Positions 29,742-39,629 of a DNA stretch of 64,000 bases are shown here, piece by piece. A model generated the notes under the pieces. The model saw nothing but the letters and a program-made list of their open reading frames with translations, was not told the origin of the DNA and ran no database searches. Both the position numbers and the translations under genes were made by a program. Where the stretch lies: positions 1,280,001-1,344,000 of the forward strand of contig OZ252149.1 of assembly GCA_965248755.1 (NCBI GenBank), in the 5' to 3' direction. The DNA is from Candidatus Latescibacterota bacterium. GTDB lineage: Bacteria > Latescibacterota > CBDEFO01. How positions within the stretch are numbered: position 1 is the stretch's first letter; every line of letters starts with the position of its first letter.

Positions 29742-30674
29742 ATGCTTACAGTAGAAGAGATGAAAGAGCGTTGGCAGGGAGTGTTGGTACCTCTCGTCAC
29801 GGTGTTCAAGGAGGACCTTTCTCTGGATCTTCCCGCCATGGAGAGCAACGTCCAGTGGCTGATAGACAAGGGAGCCCGCATGGGCAACACGATCTTCCTT
29901 GCCGGCGGCAGCGGCGGCGATTTCACTGGCATGAGTACAGCGGAGCGCAAAGAGGTTATCAGGACGGTCGCTGAGGTGGCAGATGGCAGGGTTCCGATGG
30001 TCGCCGGATCACAAAGCACCGATATCAGGGTGTGCATCGAGCTCTGCAATTCCTGCGAGGAACATGGGTACGACTGCGTCCAGCTCGCCGGCCCGTACTA
30101 CTATGACGGGCGTCCCGGCGACTCTATGGCCTGGATGCAGGAAGTGGCCAAGAACACGGATATAGGCTTCGCGGTCTACAACAACTGGTACACCGGCTAC
30201 GACATGCCGATGGACCTGATCGACGAGATATTGGACATAGAAAACAGCATCGCCGTCAAGTGGAGTTCGCCTGATTACTCCACGTATATGGAGGGGGTAC
30301 GCCGCTTCCTGCCGAGGGCTGCAGTGGTGGATAACTGCGGGTTGCCAGTGATGTCCTGTATCCTTGGCGTTCGGACCTACATAAGCCACACTCCTAACTT
30401 CTGTCCCGAACCTTACTGGCGCGTGATAGACTATCTAAAGGAAAGAAAGTACGAAGAAGCACAGGCAGAACTCGATCGTTTCGAGATCCCATGGAAAAAG
30501 CTTAGAGGCGAGTTCGCATCCCAAACCGGCGGCGAAGGGGTCTTTGTACGTCCGGCGATGGAAGCCGCAGGGCTTAAAGCCGGCCATTCACGCCTTCCGT
30601 CTCGAGACGCTGTGATTACGCCCCAACTGCGCGAAGAATTCAAGAAACTCGTAGCTGACATGCAAAACGGCTGA
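29742..30674 (+). CDS. DapA/NanA-family aldolase, divergent third paralog
   Basis: VPLVTVF, GGSGGDF, AVYNN, IAVKWS, SRLP; AAGGAG RBS before ATG 29742. Confidence 0.85.
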   Translation: MLTVEEMKERWQGVLVPLVTVFKEDLSLDLPAMESNVQWLIDKGARMGNTIFLAGGSGGDFTGMSTAERKEVIRTVAEVADGRVPMVAGSQSTDIRVCIELCNSCEEHGYDCVQLAGPYYYDGRPGDSMAWMQEVAKNTDIGFAVYNNWYTGYDMPMDLIDEILDIENSIAVKWSSPDYSTYMEGVRRFLPRAAVVDNCGLPVMSCILGVRTYISHTPNFCPEPYWRVIDYLKERKYEEAQAELDRFEIPWKKLRGEFASQTGGEGVFVRPAMEAAGLKAGHSRLPSRDAVITPQLREEFKKLVADMQNG

Positions 30675-30711
30675 CGGTCCTTTTAGAATTGGGAAACGTA
30701 CAGACAGATCT

Positions 30712-30781
30712 GTAGGGGCAGACTCGTGTGTCTGCCCGAAAAAAGTTAGGTAAATTGGCGAACACATGGGTTCACCCCTAT
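30712..30781. repeat. GTAG-type REP-like inverted pair
   Basis: GTAGGGGCAGAC...GTCTGCCC and GGCGAAC...GTTCACCCCTA; related copies near 55016, 56473, 58213, 60653. Confidence 0.6.
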
Positions 30782-30854
30782 ATGAGCGTCTCTGCAACAA
30801 AACGAGATAGTCTTACGAGGGCTTTAAGTGCTCTCATAGATCACAGGGAGAAAA

Positions 30855-31892
30855 ATGAATCAGAACACTATCAAGATAGGAGTTATCGGAGCTGGAGGCA
30901 TATTCAAGAGAAGACACTTTCCCGCCTTAAAGCAAATTGAGGGCGTGGAGGTCATCGCCGTCTGCAACAGGACAAAGGAAAAAGTTGAGACGACGGCCCG
31001 GGAGCTGAACATCCCAAGGGCGGTGACAGATTGGAGAGACATTATCGCGATGGACGATCTGGACGCCGTGATAATTGCAACTCCGCCCTATCTGCACTGC
31101 GAGGCTACAATAGCAGCATTAGACGCGAACAAGCACGTCTTCTGTCAGGCCAGAATGGCCATGAACGTCGAAGAAGCGTTGAGGATGTACAAAAGATCGT
31201 TAGAATCAGACCGCGTGACGATGCTCTGTCCAGCGGACCCAGGGGACAATGCGGGAGACGCTAAGATGAAGGAGTTAGTCGATGCGGGATTCGTCGGAAA
31301 ACCCTACAATATAGTGGTTACGTCGATGAATTCGGCGTACGCCGATCCGGACAAGCCGCTCCACTGGAGACAGATGGATGAGATATCAGGCTTAAACACG
31401 CTCGATGTGGGCATGTACGCAGAGAAGATACACAGTTGGTTCGGTCATTGTAAGAGCGTAGCCGCCGTGGCAAAGCATTTCATAACCCACAGAAGGGTTG
31501 AAGGTTCAAACCAGATGAGAAAGGTCGATAGACCCGACAGCGTGGCCGTTGTAGGCGAGATGGAAAACGGAGCCTTGATCGAATACCACTTCAGCGGGAT
31601 GTCGAGGCCTGACGAGAAGGTAGAGGTCTACGGCTCTGACGGGACTTTGATCTATGATCTTTCCAACTGTCAGATATTCGGAGCAAAATCCGATCAAGAG
31701 GAAGTTTCGACGATACCCATCCCCGAAGAAGGGCTAAGAAAGGTCGAGGCCGATTTCATCGCCGCGATCAGAGATGGAAAGCCTGTGTGGCCCTCATTTT
31801 ACGATGGATTGAAGTACATGGAGTTCACAGAGGCTGTGTTCCGCGCAGCCGATGAGAAGAAAACCATATCCTTACCCCTTGAAGGGTACTAA
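30855..31892 (+). CDS. Gfo/Idh/MocA oxidoreductase
   Basis: IGVIGAGG, IATPPYLH, KHVFCQARMA, EVYGSDG. Confidence 0.9.
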   Translation: MNQNTIKIGVIGAGGIFKRRHFPALKQIEGVEVIAVCNRTKEKVETTARELNIPRAVTDWRDIIAMDDLDAVIIATPPYLHCEATIAALDANKHVFCQARMAMNVEEALRMYKRSLESDRVTMLCPADPGDNAGDAKMKELVDAGFVGKPYNIVVTSMNSAYADPDKPLHWRQMDEISGLNTLDVGMYAEKIHSWFGHCKSVAAVAKHFITHRRVEGSNQMRKVDRPDSVAVVGEMENGALIEYHFSGMSRPDEKVEVYGSDGTLIYDLSNCQIFGAKSDQEEVSTIPIPEEGLRKVEADFIAAIRDGKPVWPSFYDGLKYMEFTEAVFRAADEKKTISLPLEGY

Positions 31893-31918
31893 TCCGATTA
31901 ATTCATAAACTTGCTGGA

Positions 31919-32040
31919 GTCATTGCGAGGAGCAAAGCGACGAAGCAATCTCAAGGTTTTATAGTGGTCTCCTTATGAGAGCCGGAGAGTATTACATCTA
32001 CCACAGAATCGAGATTGCTTCGCCTTCGGCTCGCAATGAC
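31919..32040. repeat. Inverted pair of GTCATTGCGAG...GAAGCAATCTC palindromic repeats
   Basis: 31919-31952 and reverse copy 32011-32040; further copies near 57165 and 58266-58396. Confidence 0.7.
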
Positions 32041-32202
32041 ACCGAAGGCGGTTAAACGACATAACTATAATATAATACAATCCCTTAATTAATGCACGGC
32101 GTTTTTTGTGAATTATTCAGGCTAATAAGGAGAAAAAAAGGGCAGACAGTGTACAGGACTTCCTACCTACCCTGGCTGGCGTAAATCTTGGGCGATAAAA
32201 GG

Positions 32203-34323
32203 ATGGTCAATTCAAGGGATTCTGACAGGGTAAAGATAAAAGAAGCCATAGAGAAACTGGATGGTCTTCCCACACTGCCTTCGGTGGTGGTGGAGATAAT
32301 GAACAGGGTGCTCGATGAGAGGTCCAGCATCCAGGATGTCGCAGAACTTGTGGAACAGGATCCATCTCTGACAGCTAAAGTTCTCATGGTTGCCAACTCC
32401 GCTCACTACGGAAGGCCCAAAGCCGTATCCACAGTTAAAGATGCCATAGTTACCCTGGGATTTAATAAGCTCAAGAGCATCGTGTTGAGCATCTCTTTGA
32501 TAGACACTTTGGAATCGCTGGAAAACTCCAAGTTAGACATCAAGGAGTTCTGGCGACACTCCTTGTCCTGCGCTGTTTTATCCCAGGACATAGCAGAAAG
32601 GCTCTGTTTCGACTTTTCCGATGAAGTGTTCGTAGCCGGTTTGCTTCACGATATAGGGAAACTAATTCTGGATGTGCAGGTCCCTGACAGATTTGGGTGT
32701 GCGCTCGAACTATCTATCAAGGAGAGAATCGACTCTCCTGAGGCGGAAAGGCGCACAATCGGAGTTGACCACGGTCTGGTGGGGAAGTGGATTATGGAAA
32801 AGTGGAGACTGCCCGATCATCTGATCGGAGTTGCCTGGCTGCATCACACCCCGCCAGATTTAGATACAAAGAAGAACGGACGGGAACAGCTTATGACCTC
32901 TTTGGTCGCTTTGGCTGATAACGTATCCAATGCCTGTTCCGGAAAGATCTGGACAGTTGGATCCTTCGATAAGATAGAAAAGCTAAAAGATAGATTCAAG
33001 ATGTCCGAAGACGACCTAAAGGAGATAACTTCAAAGGCCACAGAAAAAGTTGAGGAGATAGCTCAGATTTTAGGTCGAGACATAGGCTCCAGGCAGGACA
33101 TTTTTACTCTTGTGCAGAGAGCCAATCAGGAACTGAGCCGGATGAGCCTGGATTTAGATCACTCCTATCGAAAATTGCAGGAGGCGCAAGAGCAGATAGT
33201 CCGGATGGAAAGGCTCAATGTTTTAGGACACGTAGCAGCGGGAATTGCACACGACTTTAATAATGTTCTAGCTACGATTTTGGTCAATGTCTCCCTTGCA
33301 AAGTATGCAAAATCGGAAGATGAAATCTCTGAGGTATTGACTACGATAGAGAAAGTGTCCATAAAGGCAAAGGACTTGACCCAGCAATTGCTCACCTTTT
33401 CCAGCGGCGGAGCGCCGATTAAGGAGACGATCTCTATCTCAGAATTAATAAAAGATTCAGTCGGCTTTGCCTTGAGAGGCTCCAATGTTAAGTGCGAATT
33501 CTCCTTCCCTGACGGTCTTTTGGCGGTTGAAGTTGATGAAGGACAGATAAGTCAGGTCATCAACAATTTGATTATCAACGCTGACCAGGCAATGCCCCAC
33601 GGCGGGACAATTAAGATGCGTGCTGAAAATGTTACCGTAGGAGCAAAAGGCGCTCTCCCTTTGCAGGAGGGAAAATACATAAAAACATGCGTTGCAGATC
33701 AGGGGATCGGTATAGCCCAGGAGCATCTTGATAAGATATTCGATCCCTTTTTCACGACTAAACAGGAGGGCAGCGGCCTTGGTCTTACGACTTCCTATTC
33801 CATAGTTACGAACCACGATGGGTACATAAGTGTAGAATCCGAGTTGGGAGTTAGAACCACCTTCCATATCTATCTCCCCGCTACCTCAAAAGAAATCCAG
33901 ATAAAGGAAGATGTAGAGGAAAAACCCCTTGCCGGCAAGGGCAAGATTTTGATCATGGACGATGAGGAAGACATCAGAGAGTCCCTCAGCCAGATACTGA
34001 CTCATTTTGGATATGAGGCACAGTTTGCCGAAGATGGCGCCGCAGCTATCAAGCTTTACAAGCAGGCCCAGAAATCAGGACAGCCCTTTGATGCAGTTAT
34101 TATGGATTTAACTGTGCCTGGCGGTATCGGGGGAAAAGAAGCCATCAGGAAGCTGCTTGAAATAGACCCTGAGGTTAAGGCCATTGTATCGAGCGGTTAT
34201 TCTAACGATCCGGTATTAGCCAATTTCAGGCAATATGGTTTCAGCAGTTTTGTTGCCAAACCATATAAGGTCGAAGAACTGAGCAAGACATTACGCGAGG
34301 TGATAATGGGAACGAGTGAATGA
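32203..34323 (+). CDS. Hybrid histidine kinase with N-terminal HDOD domain (HDOD-HisKA-HATPase-REC)
   Basis: LPTLP, DPSLTAKVL..ANS, FWRHS, GLLHDIGKL; IAHDFNN, NLIINA, DQGIGI, FFTTK, GSGLGL; ILIMDDE, IMDL, KPY. Confidence 0.92.
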   Translation: MVNSRDSDRVKIKEAIEKLDGLPTLPSVVVEIMNRVLDERSSIQDVAELVEQDPSLTAKVLMVANSAHYGRPKAVSTVKDAIVTLGFNKLKSIVLSISLIDTLESLENSKLDIKEFWRHSLSCAVLSQDIAERLCFDFSDEVFVAGLLHDIGKLILDVQVPDRFGCALELSIKERIDSPEAERRTIGVDHGLVGKWIMEKWRLPDHLIGVAWLHHTPPDLDTKKNGREQLMTSLVALADNVSNACSGKIWTVGSFDKIEKLKDRFKMSEDDLKEITSKATEKVEEIAQILGRDIGSRQDIFTLVQRANQELSRMSLDLDHSYRKLQEAQEQIVRMERLNVLGHVAAGIAHDFNNVLATILVNVSLAKYAKSEDEISEVLTTIEKVSIKAKDLTQQLLTFSSGGAPIKETISISELIKDSVGFALRGSNVKCEFSFPDGLLAVEVDEGQISQVINNLIINADQAMPHGGTIKMRAENVTVGAKGALPLQEGKYIKTCVADQGIGIAQEHLDKIFDPFFTTKQEGSGLGLTTSYSIVTNHDGYISVESELGVRTTFHIYLPATSKEIQIKEDVEEKPLAGKGKILIMDDEEDIRESLSQILTHFGYEAQFAEDGAAAIKLYKQAQKSGQPFDAVIMDLTVPGGIGGKEAIRKLLEIDPEVKAIVSSGYSNDPVLANFRQYGFSSFVAKPYKVEELSKTLREVIMGTSE

Positions 34324-34377
34324 TCCTGTAGGTAAAGAGTCTCTAAATGTAAAAGAGTCGGCGATACTCAAACACAC

Positions 34378-34408
34378 AGTCCGTCAGAAATGGCGGGCTT
34401 TCTTTTTA
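34378..34408 (+). terminator. Probable intrinsic terminator
   Basis: AGTCCGTCA-GAAA-TGGCGGGCT then TTCTTTTT. Confidence 0.55.
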
Positions 34409-34478
34409 TATAGTATTTATAGAATAGTTTATTCATACTAAATAATTGTAGAATATATATGTTATGATTTGAAAAAGG

Positions 34479-34507
34479 TTGACAAAGAGTCGGCATCGTC
34501 GTATATT
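34479..34507 (+). promoter_or_regulatory. sigma70-like promoter
   Basis: TTGACA-N17-TATATT. Confidence 0.55.
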
Positions 34508-34715
34508 AAGACCCTGTCCAGTTTGGGGTTCACGTCATATCATAAAACAATAGTTGAAACTTTTTATCGACAAGTGCTTGATCCTAATTGCTTTTTACTA
34601 AGAGGACAGCGGCAAGGGGAATAGGCTTTTACGCGATACTGTACAAAACCTTTAAACTGTCAGAACTTGAAGATGTGCTGACAAAAACTTCAGCATGAAT
34701 TGAACTAAAGCTAAG

Positions 34716-35321
34716 ATGAAGATTAAAACACTGATAATTGACGACGACAAAGAATTTAGCGATTCGCTTAGTCATTACCTTACTCAAGAGGGTTTTGATG
34801 TTGAAAGTGTCACTGATCCCAAAAGGGCGATGGACAAACTTAAAAGTGGGATGCATCACGTGGTACTTCTGGATCTAAAAATGCCCGCAATAACAGGTGA
34901 TGATCTCCTTGTAGACATAAGGAAGTTCGACTCGGATGTGTCTGTAATCGTAGTGACGGGTTACCCGAGTACGGAATCGGCTGTCACCACGATGAAGCTG
35001 GGCGTTACTGATTACATTACGAAACCATTCAGGATGCCAGAACTTTTAGATGTTATTCAAAAGGCTCTGGCTGAGAGGGGCCTGGAAATTGATCCTGACG
35101 AAAAGTTAGCATCAGAGATAGGACAAAGGATTCGAGCTTTAAGGCAGGAAAAAGGGTTAACGATCAAGCAGTTGGCAAACAGGACAGGGCTATCGCTAAG
35201 CCTAATATCCAAGATCGAATTGGGAGACAGTTCAGCTTCAATTTCTACTTTACGTAAGATCGCCTCCGCCTTAAAAGTCCACATAAGTTACTTTTTTTTA
35301 GTGAGACAGGATAGAAATTAA
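34716..35321 (+). CDS. Response regulator, REC plus XRE-type HTH
   Basis: IIDDD, LLDLKMP, TGY, KPF; IRALRQEKGLTIKQLANRTGLSLSLISKIELG. Confidence 0.9.
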   Translation: MKIKTLIIDDDKEFSDSLSHYLTQEGFDVESVTDPKRAMDKLKSGMHHVVLLDLKMPAITGDDLLVDIRKFDSDVSVIVVTGYPSTESAVTTMKLGVTDYITKPFRMPELLDVIQKALAERGLEIDPDEKLASEIGQRIRALRQEKGLTIKQLANRTGLSLSLISKIELGDSSASISTLRKIASALKVHISYFFLVRQDRN

Positions 35322-35874
35322 ACTTATGATCGTGCAGGACATTTTAGACAAAAAGTTTGGCGATAGGAATGGAAGAGCGGGAATGAACTGAACCCGTTTT
35401 TCTGAGCACGTAATTGGACAAGTAAAGCAAGTTTTTCGCGTTGGTTGCACAGACTACCCGACTTGACAGTCTTACCTTTCTGTTGGTGGGCATACCTATT
35501 CTACCAAATCGAGTGGTGCAAGACAACTTATTTCTAATGTACATCTGTAAAGATAGAAGGTTTATTTGACATAACAGCCCCCGTGGAGACTCATTTTGAG
35601 CTCTTGCATGATTCTAAAAACTTGCTAAGCCATCTGTCCAGTTTTGATGTTTTGGGGTTCACGTTACTGTTTTGGGAGAAGAGCCTTCCGTTACGTGAAG
35701 GAGGATAAGACATGGCAACCGACTTCAAAGTGCTGAACATGATAAGAAGGATCCCCATGTTCGGGGAACTCTCAGTGGATGAGGCAAAGCTGGTGCTGAG
35801 CGTATGCCAGCAGAAGGAGTATCAGCCCAATGAGGTGATATTCAAGTACGGGGGAGGCAGCAGTGAGATGTTGA

Positions 35875-37500
35875 CCGACATTCCCCATATCACATTCATG
35901 AGGGATTATATTTCGATACATTCTTGTTTCTGAATTAATATTACCACTTTTACATTTTTCAACAAGTACTTTTTTCAATTAAAATAGTATTTTCCTCTGA
36001 ATTATCACTTTCTTTGTGTTTAAATCCTCCAATTAGAGACACCTCTCCATCGACTCACAAAAAAATGTGGCAGTTTAAACAGAATAACATCGCAATCGTT
36101 CAATCCGGGATAATATTTCGGCAAATAACCTCTTGTCTATCCCAACCTCAGCCATTTGAAACGTAATATATCCGCTGTGTCTGACAATCTTCGCTCCGAT
36201 TTTGATAAATTTCACGAGGAGGCTGCGTAGTGACCAGTGTTTGATTTTCTTCGGAAGAACAAAACGTCGCAGGAAGTTGCCCAAGTTGTAAGCCAGAACA
36301 AACAGCCAGAGCCTCACCTGATTGGAGACGAAACGCTTGCATGAGAGTCGGGTCCAGTTCAGAGCATACTTGCCCTCCTTAATCCACTGCTCAGCTCTGC
36401 CACGGCCATTGTAGAAGTGTACCACGCCTTCTGGCTTGGCGCTCATGTTGGTCACGATAAATCCCACTCTTGGGAATAACTCCCCTTGGTGCCATTCAAC
36501 CTTGGCGACCACTCGCCTCGATTGATCCCAACTGGCCGCTTTATATTGAAATTCATATAACGATACAATCGGTTTCCTCGGCGGTCGTCCAACTGGCCGA
36601 GTCAGCAGGTATCGTATCTTTTCATAGAGTATCTCATTTGCGGGAAGCCGAATGGCATACAAATAGCCGTTTCCCTCCAGATAATCATAAATCTCAGGCT
36701 TTGCGAATGCAGCATCGCCTCGAAAGTATTTCCTATTCTTCTTGCTCTCGTATCTCTTGACGATCGGTTCCAGAACTTCCTTCCAACGATCAGCACTGTG
36801 AACATTACCAGAGCGAAGTAGGACTCCTTCACAATCCCCGAACTGATTGAAGCAGAACACTGGATGAAAACAGGTACATCCGAAATGACCGTTGTAAGCT
36901 GATCCTTCCTGCTGGCCATGTACCGGACTCTCCGAACTGTCCATGTCCAGAATGATTCGTTGATGCTGTGTTTTACTCATCGCTTTTTGAACCCACTTGC
37001 CATTGATATCTGACAAGTTTCTGAGATTGTCATGCTGAGTCAGTATATCAGTTTCAAAACGTCCTATCGTGTTGGAGCTGGCAGCTTGCCTGCCTTTGTC
37101 CTTCTTTCCGGTAATCGCTCGCATGACGGGATCAACGGATAATCGCTCGGCGTCATTTACATCTTCATATCCTGCAAGACGGCTGTATATCGATTGACGC
37201 AGGAGAGTAGATATATCATGTTGGATATTACGGCCTGTGCGTTTATCGGTAAAAACCGCTGATACCGAATCAAATAATCCCAGTGCGTAATCAAGGTCAC
37301 GATACGCAAGAAGTCCACCGTTTGATGTCACCTTTGCACCATGAAATTCAAGCTTTATTCCTCCATCAAAACCTACTTTGATTCTTTCACCCTCTGGATG
37401 ATCAATATTTATCCGCCATTTATGAGTCTTATTTATTGTAATATAACATGTTCTGGCGACTTTGACAACCATTTTTCGGGTCTAATATGGCGAATGGGGG
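35875..37500 (-). mobile_element. IS1380-family insertion sequence
   Basis: IRs CCGACATTCCCCATAT / ATATGGCGAATGGGGG; 5-bp target duplication GTTGA at 35870-35874 and 37501-37505. Confidence 0.92.
36075..37472 (-). CDS. IS1380-family transposase
   Basis: VTSNGGLL, AGYEDVNDA, LDMDSS, GQQEGSAYNGHF, RGDAAF, YNGRGRAEQWIKEGK; start codon uncertain. Confidence 0.92.
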   Translation of the reverse strand: MVVKVARTCYITINKTHKWRINIDHPEGERIKVGFDGGIKLEFHGAKVTSNGGLLAYRDLDYALGLFDSVSAVFTDKRTGRNIQHDISTLLRQSIYSRLAGYEDVNDAERLSVDPVMRAITGKKDKGRQAASSNTIGRFETDILTQHDNLRNLSDINGKWVQKAMSKTQHQRIILDMDSSESPVHGQQEGSAYNGHFGCTCFHPVFCFNQFGDCEGVLLRSGNVHSADRWKEVLEPIVKRYESKKNRKYFRGDAAFAKPEIYDYLEGNGYLYAIRLPANEILYEKIRYLLTRPVGRPPRKPIVSLYEFQYKAASWDQSRRVVAKVEWHQGELFPRVGFIVTNMSAKPEGVVHFYNGRGRAEQWIKEGKYALNWTRLSCKRFVSNQVRLWLFVLAYNLGNFLRRFVLPKKIKHWSLRSLLVKFIKIGAKIVRHSGYITFQMAEVGIDKRLFAEILSRIERLRCYSV

Positions 37501-38228
37501 GTTGATCCTCATGTCTGGTGAACTGGACGTAAGGTCCCTCGGCGGTGTCAGCGTAGCTCAGATCAACCCTGGACAAATGGTAGGGGAAATGGGCGTCATC
37601 ACGGGAAAGATCAGGTCAGCGACGGTAGTTTCTTCAGAAAAGTCAATAGCGCTGAGCTTGAACACCGCGGAGTTCGACAGACTGCTCAGAAAATACCACT
37701 ATATAGGTCTCAAGATGTTAAGAAATGTTATAAACGATCTCTCTGTAAAGACCAGAATAAGCAATTCCCGATTTTTTACGTAACCCTAGGGGTTTAGCTG
37801 ATGGATAGGAGCACCGCAGATCAATCCTAAGGCACTCTAAACACTCCAACGGGAAGGAGCATTACCTTTGGGAGTGGTATGGACGTGAATAAGATGAAAG
37901 CGGCGTATGAGAAAATGCAAAAGAATAGATAGGAAGCATCGCACTTAGCAGGTGGACTGGAGAACGTTTCGTAGTACAGAGACCTTTGACGCAAAGGAGT
38001 TCAACGATGGAGCTTTTGTGGCCAGGCAACCGATCTTTGAAAAAGAGCAAGATCTCTAGCCTTAGGATCTATTGTTTCGCGCCGGGCTCGATAGCTTCTA
38101 TTAGAGCTCGAACAGAGACCAAGCCTCATTGAGGTTATCACCGAGAGTTTAGTGATAGTAACTGGAGTGGGCGAGCTGCAATTTTAAGTAGGACGAGGTC
38201 AAGCGACAGTCAAACTTGACCGCGATAC

Positions 38229-38520
38229 TTATATATAGTCATCAGGATGCTTCAAGTGTTCGCACCGGCAATCAGGAGATTCATGTAATCTTTGCCAGGG
38301 AAGATAGCCCTCCAGATTCTTATCCGCCCCCACGTATGCCTGTGCCCTGTGGGTATTGTCTTTGGGATCGGTCACAGAGACATCCACACGGTCGTAGTAT
38401 TTTGGGTATCCTCCTTTTTTTGTCAAGGTCGGGAAATTCGTCGCCAGGAATCTCAAATGCTATGGCCTATACCCTATCCCCTGGGCTCGAAGAAGTAGCC
38501 AGGGACTCTCCCTTTGCATC
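38229..38520 (-). pseudogene. Gamma-glutamylcyclotransferase-like relic
   Basis: GIAFEI...LDKKGGYPKYYDRVDVSVTD...AQAYV read across frameshifts. Confidence 0.5.
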
Positions 38521-38685
38521 CCCGAAAATCAGAGAAAAATATTCCTTGCATGTTTGAAATTATGTCGTATATTTTGTACTCAGATGAATCACATCATGAT
38601 GATTTCTGAATCTTTAAGGGAGGATGAGCGTCTAAATGATGGGGAATATCTTTGTCAACCCTTATTCCTGAAGGGAGTGATCAGT

Positions 38686-39486
38686 ATGAATAGACGTATA
38701 ACAGCGTTGTTGGCTATCGGAATCTTCGCTTCATTCTTCGCATTCGGGTGCGGCTACACCAAGCTCAGAGCCCCCAGAATGCCCTCCGACAGTCCTAAAG
38801 GCGAAGAGATCGAAGACAAGTGGCTAAGAGGCGAGATCTCCGACGAAGATTTTCCCGACGTCGAAATTATCAATGAGGGGCCAGAGACAGGTGAGATCAG
38901 TCCGCTTGACAAATACGACCCTTATGCACCGGGTGTTAGGAACCGCAGATCGTATCCCGGTGATTACGGATCTTACAACGGGTTGGGCTACTACGACGGC
39001 TACGGTTCTCCTCTTAATTCCGGATATTACGGAGATACTGGGGGCTACTATGGAAATTCCGGAGGGTACTATGTGCCTCCTGGATATGAACTGGTCCCGA
39101 TAAACGATCCTGCTCAGACAGACCCCAATACGGTCAAAGAGGGGGATATCATAGAGAAGATCAATGTACCTGCTGGACACGAACTTGTGAAGGTCGGCAA
39201 TTCGTACGAGCTCAGGCCTATTCCGGGCTACCAGCCTGAGCCTATACCAGCCCCTCAGAGGACGAGGACACTGTCGATAAGGCGGAGCGCCGAGAGGTCG
39301 CCTTATAGCAGTTCGTACACTGCCGAGCAGTCGAGAACGGAGAGCATCCGGACTGTCAAGCGCTCTGTGTCGTCAAGCAGGGCTGGTTCTGCCTCCAAGG
39401 CATCAGCTGGAAGCAGTAAGAAAGCGGCTAAATCCAGTTCGAAAAAATCTCCGCCTAAAAGGAGAACAGGACAAGGAAGATTCTAA
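38686..39486 (+). CDS. Hypothetical lipoprotein, Gly/Tyr-rich middle and basic Ser/Lys tail
   Basis: Signal peptide with lipobox FAFGC. Confidence 0.7.
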   Translation: MNRRITALLAIGIFASFFAFGCGYTKLRAPRMPSDSPKGEEIEDKWLRGEISDEDFPDVEIINEGPETGEISPLDKYDPYAPGVRNRRSYPGDYGSYNGLGYYDGYGSPLNSGYYGDTGGYYGNSGGYYVPPGYELVPINDPAQTDPNTVKEGDIIEKINVPAGHELVKVGNSYELRPIPGYQPEPIPAPQRTRTLSIRRSAERSPYSSSYTAEQSRTESIRTVKRSVSSSRAGSASKASAGSSKKAAKSSSKKSPPKRRTGQGRF

Positions 39487-39533
39487 CGTAGAACTTTAAG
39501 GAATTGCACCTTCATCAGACTGAGGAATATAGT

Positions 39534-39570
39534 GCAAAAGGGAGAGCCTAATATAGACTCTCCCTTTTGC
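39534..39570. terminator. Hairpin, probable terminator
   Basis: GCAAAAGGGAGAG ... CTCTCCCTTTTGC. Confidence 0.6.
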
Positions 39571-39629
39571 CATTTTCGGCACACCAAGAAAGTTCTTCGA
39601 AACTCTTTTGGGAAAAGGGGAAATAAGCG

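Larger units (their letters stand above)
35712..37783 (+). pseudogene. Cyclic-nucleotide-binding domain protein interrupted by IS1380
   Basis: IPMFGELS...EVIFKYG...EML joins ILMSGELDV...VGEMGVITGKIRSATV in frame once the IS and one GTTGA are removed. Confidence 0.88.
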
